Positions 1 through 9,693 of a stretch of 20,000 bases of DNA are shown piece after piece (the stretch's first letter is position 1; each line of letters starts with the position of its first letter). The notes beneath the pieces were generated by a model that saw only the letters and a program-made list of their open reading frames with translations, made no database searches and was not told the origin of the DNA. Where the stretch lies: the IMG/VR virus record IMGVR_UViG_3300032116_000135; one strand, 5' to 3'. Source of the stretch: an uncultured virus (IMG/VR IMGVR_UViG_3300032116_000135) (taxonomy: Duplodnaviria > Heunggongvirae > Uroviricota > Caudoviricetes). Position numbers and translations under genes: made by a program.

Positions 1-1
1 A

Positions 2-211
2 TCAGTTGCCGATATTTTAATTTTTAATAAGGTGGGAGGACAATATTCATCATCTCAAACTTCACAAAGATATTTGGATAGTAATACAAAACAGATAGAA
101 TTAATTGACGATACCATATTTGCGGAACCGAGTCAAACGTATCAGGTTAGATTTTCTGGTAAGGATATTAATGTGAGAGTTAAGAATTTATCTACCGTCA
201 ATTTCTCCTAA
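2..211 (+). CDS. C-terminal fragment of a probable baseplate wedge subunit (T4 gp6/P2 gpJ-like); begins before the window
   Basis: Frame 2 is open from the window edge: SVADILIFNKVGGQYSSSQTSQRYLDSNTKQIELIDDTIFAEPSQTYQVRFSGKDINVRVKNLSTVNFS*, with TAA at 209-211 and a second TAA right after. Not in the ORF track. The product call rests on recalled similarity to large-phage wedge C-termini and on gene context. Confidence 0.55.
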   Translation, partial: SVADILIFNKVGGQYSSSQTSQRYLDSNTKQIELIDDTIFAEPSQTYQVRFSGKDINVRVKNLSTVNFS

Positions 212-229
212 TAATTTATTTCCCCCATA

Positions 230-287
230 ATTGATTTATCTTTTTGAAAAAGTCAAATAAAGTATTTATTTAAAAAGATAAATTAAT
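230..287 (+). promoter_or_regulatory. Leader hairpin covering the translation start of the 1840-aa gene, with a candidate late promoter TATTTATT (263-270) inside
   Basis: ATTTATCTTTTT (234-245) is the exact reverse complement of AAAAAGATAAAT (272-283). Pairing extends to 230/287 with one G:U, covering the AT of the ATG at 286. There is an inner stem AAATAAA (255-261)/TTTATTT (265-271). Confidence 0.5.
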
Positions 288-3200
288 GTCAAATACATAT
301 AGAATAAGAACCCAAGTTGGGGTTGATAAATCCATTAAATTACTATTAGATCAGGATTTTGAACAGTTAGAGATACTTTCTCTTAAAATATTATCAAGTC
401 AAGTTTATAATAGACAATGTTCCGATTATGGTGTTATCATTGGTAGAATATCTGCAAATAATGGATTAGGTTTACCAAATTGTAAGGTATCTCTATTTAT
501 TCCACTTTCAAGTGAAGATGAAGAAAATCCTGTAATATCAACTTTATATCCGTATAAATCACTATCTGATGTCAACGAGGATGGGTATAGATATAATTTA
601 TTACCATACACAAAATCATATAGTGCTCACGTCCCTACAGGTAGTTTTCCTGATAGAGAAGATGCTTTGATTGACACCAATGTGATTGAAGTTTATGATA
701 AGTATTATAAGTTCACAACACAAACGAATGACAGTGGTGACTATATGATATTTGGTGTCCCACTTGGTTCACAAACGATTCATGTTGACATTGACTTATC
801 AGACATCGGTGAATTCTCATTATCACCACAGGACTTAATTAGAGCTGGTGTTGCGACAGAATCTCAGGTTGCAGGTGCTTCATTTAAATCATCAAGTAAT
901 TTAAATAGTTTACCTCAGATTATATCATTTAACAGAACAATAAATGTTGATCCTTTTTGGGGAGAAACTGATGTTTGTAGTATTGGTATAACAAGAACTG
1001 ACTTCGATATCACTGCGGAATCAAATGTGAATATCACACCAACTGCGATATTCATGGGTTCTATTATTTCATCAGGGGATGATCAATCTCAAAAAAGTAA
1101 TTGTAAAATAAAACCAAAACAAGGTGATTTATGTGGATTAGTTGCTGGACCTGGTGAAATTTTAGCAATTAGACAAACAATACAACAAGATAATCAAGGT
1201 AGACCAATACTTGAAGTTTTTGAATTGGACTCAGGAGGACAAGTTATTGATGATAATGGTACATGGTTAATTGATGTACCAATGAATTTGGATTATGTCT
1301 TCACTAATGAATTTGGTGAAAGAGTTATATCTAACGATCCAAGTGTTGGTATCCCGACAAGAGGAAAATATAGATTTAAAATTAAATGGAATCAATCACC
1401 TAAGTTATCTGATCCAATTAAAAGAGCGTATTTCTTAGTTCCAAATATTAGAGAATATGGTTGGACATCAGGTGGAAATGATCCGGGAGTGTCAAATCCA
1501 AATGTTTATAAATCATACGCTTTTAGTTTAGATTGGGATGAATATGTTGATCCTCAAGCCGCTATAGATTGTGAGGATTATTTTTATTTAATGTCATTTA
1601 ATAAAGTTTATACTGTAACACAATTAATAGACCAATATAGAAGGGGTTATTTACCTAATAGAACAATTTCAATAAGAAATATCTTGGACGATGCTTGTGA
1701 AAGTGAAAACGTTAAGTTCCCTACTAATGATGCTTTTTATAGATTTGATTCACAATATTTGTTATTTATTATTTTGTTATATATCGCTAGACCAATATTA
1801 TATATATTATTAATAGTTTCACATCTATTGGCGGGATTATTATATGTTTTAACATTTGGTAGTTCACTTTGGAGAAAAATTGCAAACTTAAGATTACCAA
1901 ATTTATCTTATCCTGATTGTGATTTGTGTAACTGTAAAGAAGGGGGTGACGCAACAGGTCCGGGTCCTTCAGCGGCACAAACAGCAATTGACGAGGCATT
2001 AACTCAACAAGGATATTTAACACCACTATGGTCTTTCAGTCAATATACACGACCAGCAGGACTTTGGCAAGATAGACATGGTGAACAGAACCCCAATCCC
2101 GCTAGTTTTACATATCCTTATGATCAAATCAGTCAACTAAACGGTGTTTGGTGTGGACAATATAGTCCTTTTTGTGATCCACAGACTAATTTCTTAGACG
2201 AACCCAATTATTTAACATTTTCTGAACAACTTTTATTAACAGGAAAACCATACGATCCCGGATTACCATCGCCAGGTACATTTGCACCTCAAATGCAAGA
2301 TTTATTAAACGGTAGAAAGATATTTACAACAAGTATCCCAATTTTCGAGAGATTAAATCTTTTTAATTTAAAATCAGCATACTATGATGGTAATAGGACT
2401 ACTGAATGGGATTATTATGTTACTGGTCAGGATGGGGATTGGTTTCCTCAAAATCAAGATGTAAGAAATTCAACCAATCCTTGGGGTGGTGGAAATAGAA
2501 TTAGAGTGTCATTCAGACCAACATTAAATGGTTATCCTGATTGGCGTGACGATCCTTTTTCATTCACCGACAAATGGATTGTGTTTGGCACTGAAGCACC
2601 ATATCATTTTGATAATGTATTAGTTTTGATGGTAAAACCTGAAAAATTAGGTGAATTTACATCAGGTAAACTAGTAACATTCCAAAATCCTGAATTATCA
2701 AGTGATAGAAATCTAACAGGAAATACGACAAATCAATTTGGTAATACTGCCACTACAGGACAAACTATTAACACTGGACCTACGAGTATTGATGTTAATT
2801 GGGCTAAATTTGATGGGACGGGAGATAATGTAACAACCTATCTAATTAATGATGGGGTTGATGAAGTAGAATATAATAAATATCCAATGGATATTGAATA
2901 TTTTCAAGTTATTACTGCAGACACTATTGCTAATTTTTATAGTTTTCTTTATGGACAACCAGGAAATCCTGAAAATTATCAATTTGATTATTCATTTCCT
3001 TTTTCTGGTAAACATTACCCCAACTATCCTGGTACATTACATCACGCATTGTTTACCCGTACTAATATTGTTACAATGAGAGTTGATGATAACGATTTTG
3101 TTCAAAATCAATATCGAGGTCAATCTAATACTAATAGATTTTATCAAACAGGTACATATCGTGTTAGTCCTGCACAATCATTTAATAATTTTGAAAATCA

Positions 3201-5808
3201 AGTTCTTGTATTCTTAGTAAGAGGAGTTGACCCGTATTCCAAGAGAGGTGAAGTTGAGTATGATTTATCAGGTGTTATTAATCCATTCTCTTCGCCTATA
3301 TGGGCTAGAACTCCAGTTCCCCCAACAAACTTGGGAATAAATAACTGGAATAGATTTGATTTTAGTTCAAATTGTAATCCTTATTATAATCCTGGATGTA
3401 TCGATCCCTTACAATCCCCCCTTCCAAGATTTGTAGTTAGAGGTGATAATTTTAAACTAAACATACCAATTAATGGAGGTATTAAAAATACTAGACACAA
3501 TAATAATGTCGATGGGTTTGATTCTGATAGTGGACAATATTTGTATTATCCATCATATCGTTATAAACCAAATACTGTAGGTACATCTAGTTTTATTGAA
3601 TTTAATTCAGGATTACCTAAATATTATTCACAATTAGATAAAACAACATTTTATTCTTATTTGGATAATGCTAGAGATGTTAGTGATGTTACAAATAATA
3701 GTAACACAAACCCTACAACACAAGACAATCCAGTATATTTAAAACTGAATAGAGATTATCAGTCAAACAACAGAGGTTACCCCCCACGATATACTGAACA
3801 ATTAAGAAACGCATTTCAAGTTGAATTCAGAAGAATACGTGATCTTCAAGAAGAAAGATATCCTATTTTAAATGGGGATCAAGATCGTATAGGGCTTGAT
3901 AGACATAAAAGTCCAAACATATATTATCGTTCATATTGGCCGAATCAAATTGTTGAAGGTGGTACATTTATGAATCAAGTATTATGTTTAAATGGTGGGG
4001 CTGGACAATGTAGTTTAGGTCCTGATTTAGATCCTAACGATAATAGACCAAAAGGGGTGTCTTATTATTACGCCCCATCTTACTTATTATATAATTTATC
4101 ATATTCATATACCACTACAATGGCGTCTGAGGGTAGAATCGTAATGAGATCGGATAGGTTACCTATCTCAACATCATATATTCAAGATTTACAGAATGTT
4201 TTCCCATTATTTTCTAACCCATTATTTACGGTATATACCATAAATGAAGATGATGATGGAAGTGGAGGAACTGGAGGTTTATTTGGATCTAGTACATCAT
4301 CACCTCTTAACACACCAAACTTTGGTGATATAGCACAGAATGCTGAGGATAATCCGGAAGGAGTACCAATATTAAATACATTTTCATGCGAATCATTAGT
4401 ACCATTAGGTTGTTATACTCCAGATGGTAATGAAATTACTGTTTTAGAAAGACCCAATGTTTGTTATGAAAATGGTGTAAATAACGCACTTATCATCGAT
4501 AATGGTTGTTATGTACTTATAACAGCACCATTTGCCTCAATAATTAAAGATTTTTCATTATTAAACGAATGGACAAATAGGATACAAATTAACTATGCTG
4601 CTTGTAGAAATATATGGTCGCATATGTTTACGAATAATTGGATTAATGGTACATTATATGCCTTCTCCTTCAAAAACGATACATTTTTCGACATTAATAA
4701 CAACCCTGTACGTAATTATTGTAAAGATACTGTAATACTACATCCGACTAATAACTATTATTATAGAAGTAGCCCATACATCTCAGGATCAACAACACAA
4801 TCGGGAACATTTATTGGGGCTAATAGAAGAGCACCTACAGTTGGGACATATAAAGGTAATGAAAGAAATCTTAAATTCCCAACAACTATTGTTGATTTAG
4901 GACCTAGAAATGACTTCACACAAGAATTAGTACTTACTAATGAATATGATGGATATATAATGAACAGATTATCCGATACAACATATAAAGATGTATCTGA
5001 AATTCTTAATATCCTAATTGTAAGTAGATTAATTAATAACAGCTTTATTCAAAATTTATTAGGTACTGGAGGAGCAAATGTTAAGAGTTATTTCAATGGT
5101 AGAGATGAGTATAAAAACTTTGTTGATGGTGATTATGCTCAAATGATTTCAATAAATTCAGAATTGGGTGTTGTTGAATTTGATGCTGATAATTATCCAC
5201 CAATTGGTGGACCAAATGATCAGGATCCAATTTATTTTGTAAGTACTCGAAGTGATGATCCTGTATTTGGTATATTCTTTTCATCTGATTCACAAACTAG
5301 AGACTATCTTTCACCAAAGAGAACAATTATTAATCCGCTAGCATCTCCGAATAGTAGCTGTGCTTTTAGTAATTTCTTTGTTTATTCACAAGAAGTGCCA
5401 TTTTACCAGTGGCAAATAAATAACAATGAGAATTCAGCCGGATCACCATACAATAACATATTTGGTTCACAGAGTAACACATGGTTCACCACACCGATTT
5501 CAACATCGTTCTTTAAAAGAAGATATCAATCATTGGATAGGTTAGATACAAACTCAAGATATTTCAGAAGTAATAGTTCGTTCTCAAGAGATTCTAAAGG
5601 ATATATTTATTCGTATGACAGTAATCCATTATCACCAAATTACAATCAATACGACGCATCGCGACCATCTTGGAATACAAATAGTCCCCAATCGAATGCG
5701 GTTACAGTTGGTGCCCCATATTATTTTTATTTTGGGTTGAAAAATGGTAAAACCGCATGGGATAGATTTATTAAGAAATGGATAAACTTTGAAAACATAA
5801 CAGAATAA
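286..5808 (+). CDS. Large putative virion/baseplate-associated protein (1840 aa) with an N-terminal carboxypeptidase-regulatory-like (transthyretin-like) domain and an internal hydrophobic segment
   Basis: Long ORF directly after the wedge gene. GVIIGRISANNGLGLPNCKVSLF...TTQTNDSGDYMIFGVPLGSQTIHVD fits the CarboxypepD_reg-like pattern. Hydrophobic stretch at aa ~492-525 followed by CDLCNC. No signal peptide. Function unknown. Confidence 0.6.
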   Translation: MSNTYRIRTQVGVDKSIKLLLDQDFEQLEILSLKILSSQVYNRQCSDYGVIIGRISANNGLGLPNCKVSLFIPLSSEDEENPVISTLYPYKSLSDVNEDGYRYNLLPYTKSYSAHVPTGSFPDREDALIDTNVIEVYDKYYKFTTQTNDSGDYMIFGVPLGSQTIHVDIDLSDIGEFSLSPQDLIRAGVATESQVAGASFKSSSNLNSLPQIISFNRTINVDPFWGETDVCSIGITRTDFDITAESNVNITPTAIFMGSIISSGDDQSQKSNCKIKPKQGDLCGLVAGPGEILAIRQTIQQDNQGRPILEVFELDSGGQVIDDNGTWLIDVPMNLDYVFTNEFGERVISNDPSVGIPTRGKYRFKIKWNQSPKLSDPIKRAYFLVPNIREYGWTSGGNDPGVSNPNVYKSYAFSLDWDEYVDPQAAIDCEDYFYLMSFNKVYTVTQLIDQYRRGYLPNRTISIRNILDDACESENVKFPTNDAFYRFDSQYLLFIILLYIARPILYILLIVSHLLAGLLYVLTFGSSLWRKIANLRLPNLSYPDCDLCNCKEGGDATGPGPSAAQTAIDEALTQQGYLTPLWSFSQYTRPAGLWQDRHGEQNPNPASFTYPYDQISQLNGVWCGQYSPFCDPQTNFLDEPNYLTFSEQLLLTGKPYDPGLPSPGTFAPQMQDLLNGRKIFTTSIPIFERLNLFNLKSAYYDGNRTTEWDYYVTGQDGDWFPQNQDVRNSTNPWGGGNRIRVSFRPTLNGYPDWRDDPFSFTDKWIVFGTEAPYHFDNVLVLMVKPEKLGEFTSGKLVTFQNPELSSDRNLTGNTTNQFGNTATTGQTINTGPTSIDVNWAKFDGTGDNVTTYLINDGVDEVEYNKYPMDIEYFQVITADTIANFYSFLYGQPGNPENYQFDYSFPFSGKHYPNYPGTLHHALFTRTNIVTMRVDDNDFVQNQYRGQSNTNRFYQTGTYRVSPAQSFNNFENQVLVFLVRGVDPYSKRGEVEYDLSGVINPFSSPIWARTPVPPTNLGINNWNRFDFSSNCNPYYNPGCIDPLQSPLPRFVVRGDNFKLNIPINGGIKNTRHNNNVDGFDSDSGQYLYYPSYRYKPNTVGTSSFIEFNSGLPKYYSQLDKTTFYSYLDNARDVSDVTNNSNTNPTTQDNPVYLKLNRDYQSNNRGYPPRYTEQLRNAFQVEFRRIRDLQEERYPILNGDQDRIGLDRHKSPNIYYRSYWPNQIVEGGTFMNQVLCLNGGAGQCSLGPDLDPNDNRPKGVSYYYAPSYLLYNLSYSYTTTMASEGRIVMRSDRLPISTSYIQDLQNVFPLFSNPLFTVYTINEDDDGSGGTGGLFGSSTSSPLNTPNFGDIAQNAEDNPEGVPILNTFSCESLVPLGCYTPDGNEITVLERPNVCYENGVNNALIIDNGCYVLITAPFASIIKDFSLLNEWTNRIQINYAACRNIWSHMFTNNWINGTLYAFSFKNDTFFDINNNPVRNYCKDTVILHPTNNYYYRSSPYISGSTTQSGTFIGANRRAPTVGTYKGNERNLKFPTTIVDLGPRNDFTQELVLTNEYDGYIMNRLSDTTYKDVSEILNILIVSRLINNSFIQNLLGTGGANVKSYFNGRDEYKNFVDGDYAQMISINSELGVVEFDADNYPPIGGPNDQDPIYFVSTRSDDPVFGIFFSSDSQTRDYLSPKRTIINPLASPNSSCAFSNFFVYSQEVPFYQWQINNNENSAGSPYNNIFGSQSNTWFTTPISTSFFKRRYQSLDRLDTNSRYFRSNSSFSRDSKGYIYSYDSNPLSPNYNQYDASRPSWNTNSPQSNAVTVGAPYYFYFGLKNGKTAWDRFIKKWINFENITE

Positions 5809-7647
5809 ATGGGTAATAGAAATGATACAAGAATAGTTTTAGGTTCGTTTAGATATAAAGGATCACCTAATACCGATTTATCAATTCCACTTGATTTGGA
5901 GGAAACTCAAAAACAAATGGTTGAATATGAAAGAACCGCCAACGTAAATTTGGAAGAAACTTTTTTACAAGAAAGGGAAAGTTCTAACAAATTCAGACCG
6001 GCTTGTAAGTTCTCAATAATATTTAAAAACGCTTATACTGGCTCGACTATTGGAAATCCACCATACCCGCCTTTTGAACAGAATTTGTATTATGTTAACG
6101 CTTTGGAAACAGTTATTCAAAGATGTGACCCAAACTCAAATTTCCCATGGGGTGGATTTCCATTGTATAATGAATTTGATTTTATTCGATATGATAATAA
6201 TGTATCAGGATATACGGCATCATCGGGTTCAACACCTGCTCATGTAAACTTCGCAACTAAAAGTGCATCAAGTTATAATTGGAACTTTTTCATCAGTTAT
6301 GCTTATGAGAATGATTATAATAAACAATTACGAGCAACATTCAAAGTACCGAATGAGCCAAATCCTACATTCCCAACGGTAAATTGGGGAGTTAGTGATG
6401 GTATTCCATTCGTTATTAAACAATCAACATATAATGGAAGAAATATAATTGGATTTAGATGTCCTATTAAACACGGGATGAGTGTTGGAGATTTCTTTAA
6501 AGTTAGTTCCAATTTCAGATACACTGGAACTAGTGTTAATGATGTTTATCAAGTATATTCATTGGGTGATAACATATTTGGTAGTGAAGAATATGTGTTT
6601 AATATCATTAATGTAGGATATACTGGTACAACATTTAATGATGGAGGGCAAGGTACTGCTCGAAGAGTTATATCAAGAGATAATGTTGATGATACTATCT
6701 CAAAATATTATATAAGAAAAAATAAAATATTAACAAATATTGATGATGTTATTGTTACTAAAACAGGATTCGAACAGACAGCATTTAGAAATGTTAAAAA
6801 ATTTGAACCAGCAAATTTAACCCCTAATTTAACATCAAGAATATCAGTTAAAGAAGGATCTCAAGCTTATTCAGTTACAGTAAATAACATTGTAGATATT
6901 AATAATTTGTTGGATAATCAAAAGAGACCTGTTTCTGAATTATTTTTTACCGTTATGTGGAAAGGGTATTTTGGATGGACATTTGGAGTTAATAATTCTC
7001 AGACTGGAAATTATTACCCTATGAAACAAGGATGGGACTTTAATATACCATCATCAGGAACAACAACAGTTCCTAATCCTTGGTGGGATAATAACAATTC
7101 ATTATCGAATACCAATTTCACATTTTCAGACTATCAAAAAACGATAAATGGTAATGACTATAATTTCACCTATTTGAATACATTACAAAAAGATGATGTA
7201 TTGGATGGTGATTTATGTGAGTGGAATGATTTTGAACAAACTGAAAGAGTAATTTCTCGTGTTTACCATAAAATAAAATTTAACCCAAATTTATTTAATA
7301 TAAATCAATCAAACGATACTACAGCCTCCAACCAAAGAGGATATTATTATAATCCATTACACTCAATGACAATTAGAGTTTTTTCGGATTATATAGAGGA
7401 AGGTGATAAAAAATTGGTTGAAAATATTCCGAACTACGCATATTTCACATCAACAAATGATAAATTCATTTGGAGAGATTTATACCCTTATGGGTATGTT
7501 GACAGTACTGGATTGGGTGTTGATTATCCATTTTTAAACGGTGTTCACTATCCTCATGAAAATTTTATTTTTAGAATTATTCCTGAAGGAACTAATTATA
7601 TTGAACAAACCATAACCAGACAACCAATAAGTGACCCTTGTGAATAA
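5809..7647 (+). CDS. Hypothetical phage structural protein (612 aa)
   Basis: Long ORF abutting the upstream stop (TAA-ATG). Asn/Thr/aromatic-rich, beta-type composition. Ends in DPCE. Role inferred from context only. Confidence 0.6.
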   Translation: MGNRNDTRIVLGSFRYKGSPNTDLSIPLDLEETQKQMVEYERTANVNLEETFLQERESSNKFRPACKFSIIFKNAYTGSTIGNPPYPPFEQNLYYVNALETVIQRCDPNSNFPWGGFPLYNEFDFIRYDNNVSGYTASSGSTPAHVNFATKSASSYNWNFFISYAYENDYNKQLRATFKVPNEPNPTFPTVNWGVSDGIPFVIKQSTYNGRNIIGFRCPIKHGMSVGDFFKVSSNFRYTGTSVNDVYQVYSLGDNIFGSEEYVFNIINVGYTGTTFNDGGQGTARRVISRDNVDDTISKYYIRKNKILTNIDDVIVTKTGFEQTAFRNVKKFEPANLTPNLTSRISVKEGSQAYSVTVNNIVDINNLLDNQKRPVSELFFTVMWKGYFGWTFGVNNSQTGNYYPMKQGWDFNIPSSGTTTVPNPWWDNNNSLSNTNFTFSDYQKTINGNDYNFTYLNTLQKDDVLDGDLCEWNDFEQTERVISRVYHKIKFNPNLFNINQSNDTTASNQRGYYYNPLHSMTIRVFSDYIEEGDKKLVENIPNYAYFTSTNDKFIWRDLYPYGYVDSTGLGVDYPFLNGVHYPHENFIFRIIPEGTNYIEQTITRQPISDPCE

Positions 7648-8464
7648 ATTTTATTTAAAACTTTCAGATGTAAACCAAGGACTTCAATTACCCGTTGAAG
7701 TTAATTGGGATTTCCTTGGTAAACAAGATAGTATTGAAGATTACGAATCTACAGTAATTGATGAAATTATTGGTACTGCGACGGATTTTGAAGTATCAAG
7801 GTTTTATCATGATGAATACAATCCACCAAATGATAATAGAACAAGTGTTCATTATGATTTCAGGTTCTATTCAAGTGGGGTTACATCTGTAAGTTCAACA
7901 ACTGTTGCAAGTACTAACTTATGGGTTAACAGTTATTTGGCGGAAGGATTCTCATCAACAGAGGTTTACTACTTCAGTCGACCTTTTAGAAATTCCTTCT
8001 TCAAGTTGGACTTCTATGATAGTAATGATGTTAAAAGTCAAACAAATTATTTTACGGTTATTATTCCAACCCAACAAGGATTAACTCAAAGTGCGTCAAC
8101 ATCTAGTGTATTAAGTAATGTTAATATAAAAAAACCATATTTCATCTTGGATTTCATTGGAGATCAGGAGGGATTCTTTTTTTATTGGTTAACCGATTTT
8201 GATTATTTACAGATTGACACATTTTATATGTCAGCAAAATTCTTTGATGCTAAATTGGGAGTCTTTATTAAAATGATGAATACACCTCAAGCATTATTAC
8301 CAAACAAATTTATTTTTGATGGTGGTAAATATTTCTTTCATAAAGTTGAGTTAAATTATAGTAATAAAACATACAAAATATTTGATGGTGAGTCACCAAA
8401 TACAAGAATTGGAACAAGTATTAATCCAATGATATGGTATGAATATGTAAATCCGCCTGAATAA
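7640..8464 (+). CDS. Hypothetical phage protein (~274 aa)
   Basis: The ORF track starts at GTG 7631. An in-frame GTG at 7640 (MNKFYLK...) overlaps the upstream stop as GTGAATAA and is the more plausible coupled start. The start is uncertain. Confidence 0.6.
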   Translation: MNKFYLKLSDVNQGLQLPVEVNWDFLGKQDSIEDYESTVIDEIIGTATDFEVSRFYHDEYNPPNDNRTSVHYDFRFYSSGVTSVSSTTVASTNLWVNSYLAEGFSSTEVYYFSRPFRNSFFKLDFYDSNDVKSQTNYFTVIIPTQQGLTQSASTSSVLSNVNIKKPYFILDFIGDQEGFFFYWLTDFDYLQIDTFYMSAKFFDAKLGVFIKMMNTPQALLPNKFIFDGGKYFFHKVELNYSNKTYKIFDGESPNTRIGTSINPMIWYEYVNPPE

Positions 8465-8465
8465 A

Positions 8466-9641
8466 ATGAGAACATTAAACAGACATATTAGAATTTCACC
8501 TGAAGTTATAAGTAGTGACTTATTCTTGGTTAGATTTAATGCTGGTGGGCAAGTAATTCCATCAGAAATCGATCCATGCTGTGAAATCACAACAACAACC
8601 ACAACAAGTAATTTAACAGGGTTGACTTATGTTTATTCATCAATGACACAACTATTGTCAGGTGGGACAAATGGAACATCATTATTAACTGGTTTAACAA
8701 TCCCAATTTTATTAACTGAAACGGCAACTGATATTGGTTACTATTCTGTTTTTGATGGAATGATATTACAACAAGATGTAATGAATAATTTCATATTTAC
8801 AGGGGATTCTGTATTTCCATATTATACAGTTATATTGTATAATACCTCAGAGAATGAGTTGAAAAAATACTTAAGTTTCTCAAGTTATGAAATTTCTTGG
8901 GGAGATGGACAAACAGAACCAATCTCACCATATACTCCTTTACCAATATCACACACATATGGAAGTGACGGAGAATACATAATATCAGTAAAAGGAATGA
9001 GTCCTTGGGGATTTAATACAATTAAAAAAACTGTGTACATCCCAATTACAGGAGCAACTACCGATAATCCGAATGGTACTGCTTATTTCACACCATTGGG
9101 TGGTAGTTGGTCAGGAACGCCAATTATGTATGATTATATATTCAGCGGAGATGCAAGTTGTGATGCGACAATTGATGGATTTGATGATTTCTTATCAGGA
9201 AGTCCTTTGGTTATTAGTGGATACACAAAATCATCATTGAGTGACTTACAAGTTTATGGGCCTAAAAATACTTTAGTAGGTGGTAAATATAGAGTTGGAC
9301 CCGTTACAGGTTCAAGTGGGGCTGTTGGAGTATTCTATGGAACTCCATCAAACTCTGATTATACCGCCTATACAATAAATAATATTGATTATTATGATTA
9401 CCCTGATGATATAACAATTTTCATTGTCAGTGGGGTATCTTCGGTTGATTATGTGTGTTCGGCAATAACTAAAAATGAAGTGTTATTGAATGTAATTTTT
9501 GAGCCTGAAGTACAATCAAATGTGTTTATCGAAAGGGGTAAAAATTCTGGACTTGAGAGATTGATTAGATTAGGGGAGGTTGATAATATAGGTGACTTAG
9601 AAAAGTATGGGTATGGATTTTTCAATATAATAAATACGTAA
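8466..9641 (+). CDS. Putative structural protein with a PKD-like Ig domain (391 aa)
   Basis: YEISWGDGQTEPISPYTPLPISHTYGSDGEYIISVKG matches the PKD signature (WGDG...HTY...G.Y.I.V). DPCCEITTTTTT linker near the N-terminus. Starts 1 nt after the upstream stop. Confidence 0.65.
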   Translation: MRTLNRHIRISPEVISSDLFLVRFNAGGQVIPSEIDPCCEITTTTTTSNLTGLTYVYSSMTQLLSGGTNGTSLLTGLTIPILLTETATDIGYYSVFDGMILQQDVMNNFIFTGDSVFPYYTVILYNTSENELKKYLSFSSYEISWGDGQTEPISPYTPLPISHTYGSDGEYIISVKGMSPWGFNTIKKTVYIPITGATTDNPNGTAYFTPLGGSWSGTPIMYDYIFSGDASCDATIDGFDDFLSGSPLVISGYTKSSLSDLQVYGPKNTLVGGKYRVGPVTGSSGAVGVFYGTPSNSDYTAYTINNIDYYDYPDDITIFIVSGVSSVDYVCSAITKNEVLLNVIFEPEVQSNVFIERGKNSGLERLIRLGEVDNIGDLEKYGYGFFNIINT

Positions 9642-9647
9642 CTTCAA

Positions 9648-9655
9648 TATTTATA
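9648..9655 (+). promoter_or_regulatory. Candidate phage late promoter motif TATTTATA
   Basis: Lies in the 52-nt gap before the 302-aa gene. The same TATTTAT core is in the only other sizeable + strand gap (263-269). It is the reverse complement of the T4 late promoter TATAAATA. The motif is AT-only and also occurs inside CDSs. Confidence 0.35.
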
Positions 9656-9693
9656 AGAAGTAAGAAATATAAACAGATTAAAATTTTAATTAA

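Noticed and set aside
5809..9641. Possible paralogy among N-terminal motifs of the 612-, 274- and 391-aa proteins (IPLDLEET / LPVEVNWD / IPILLTET)
   Set aside because: The similarity is too short to support by eye and would need profile-profile comparison.
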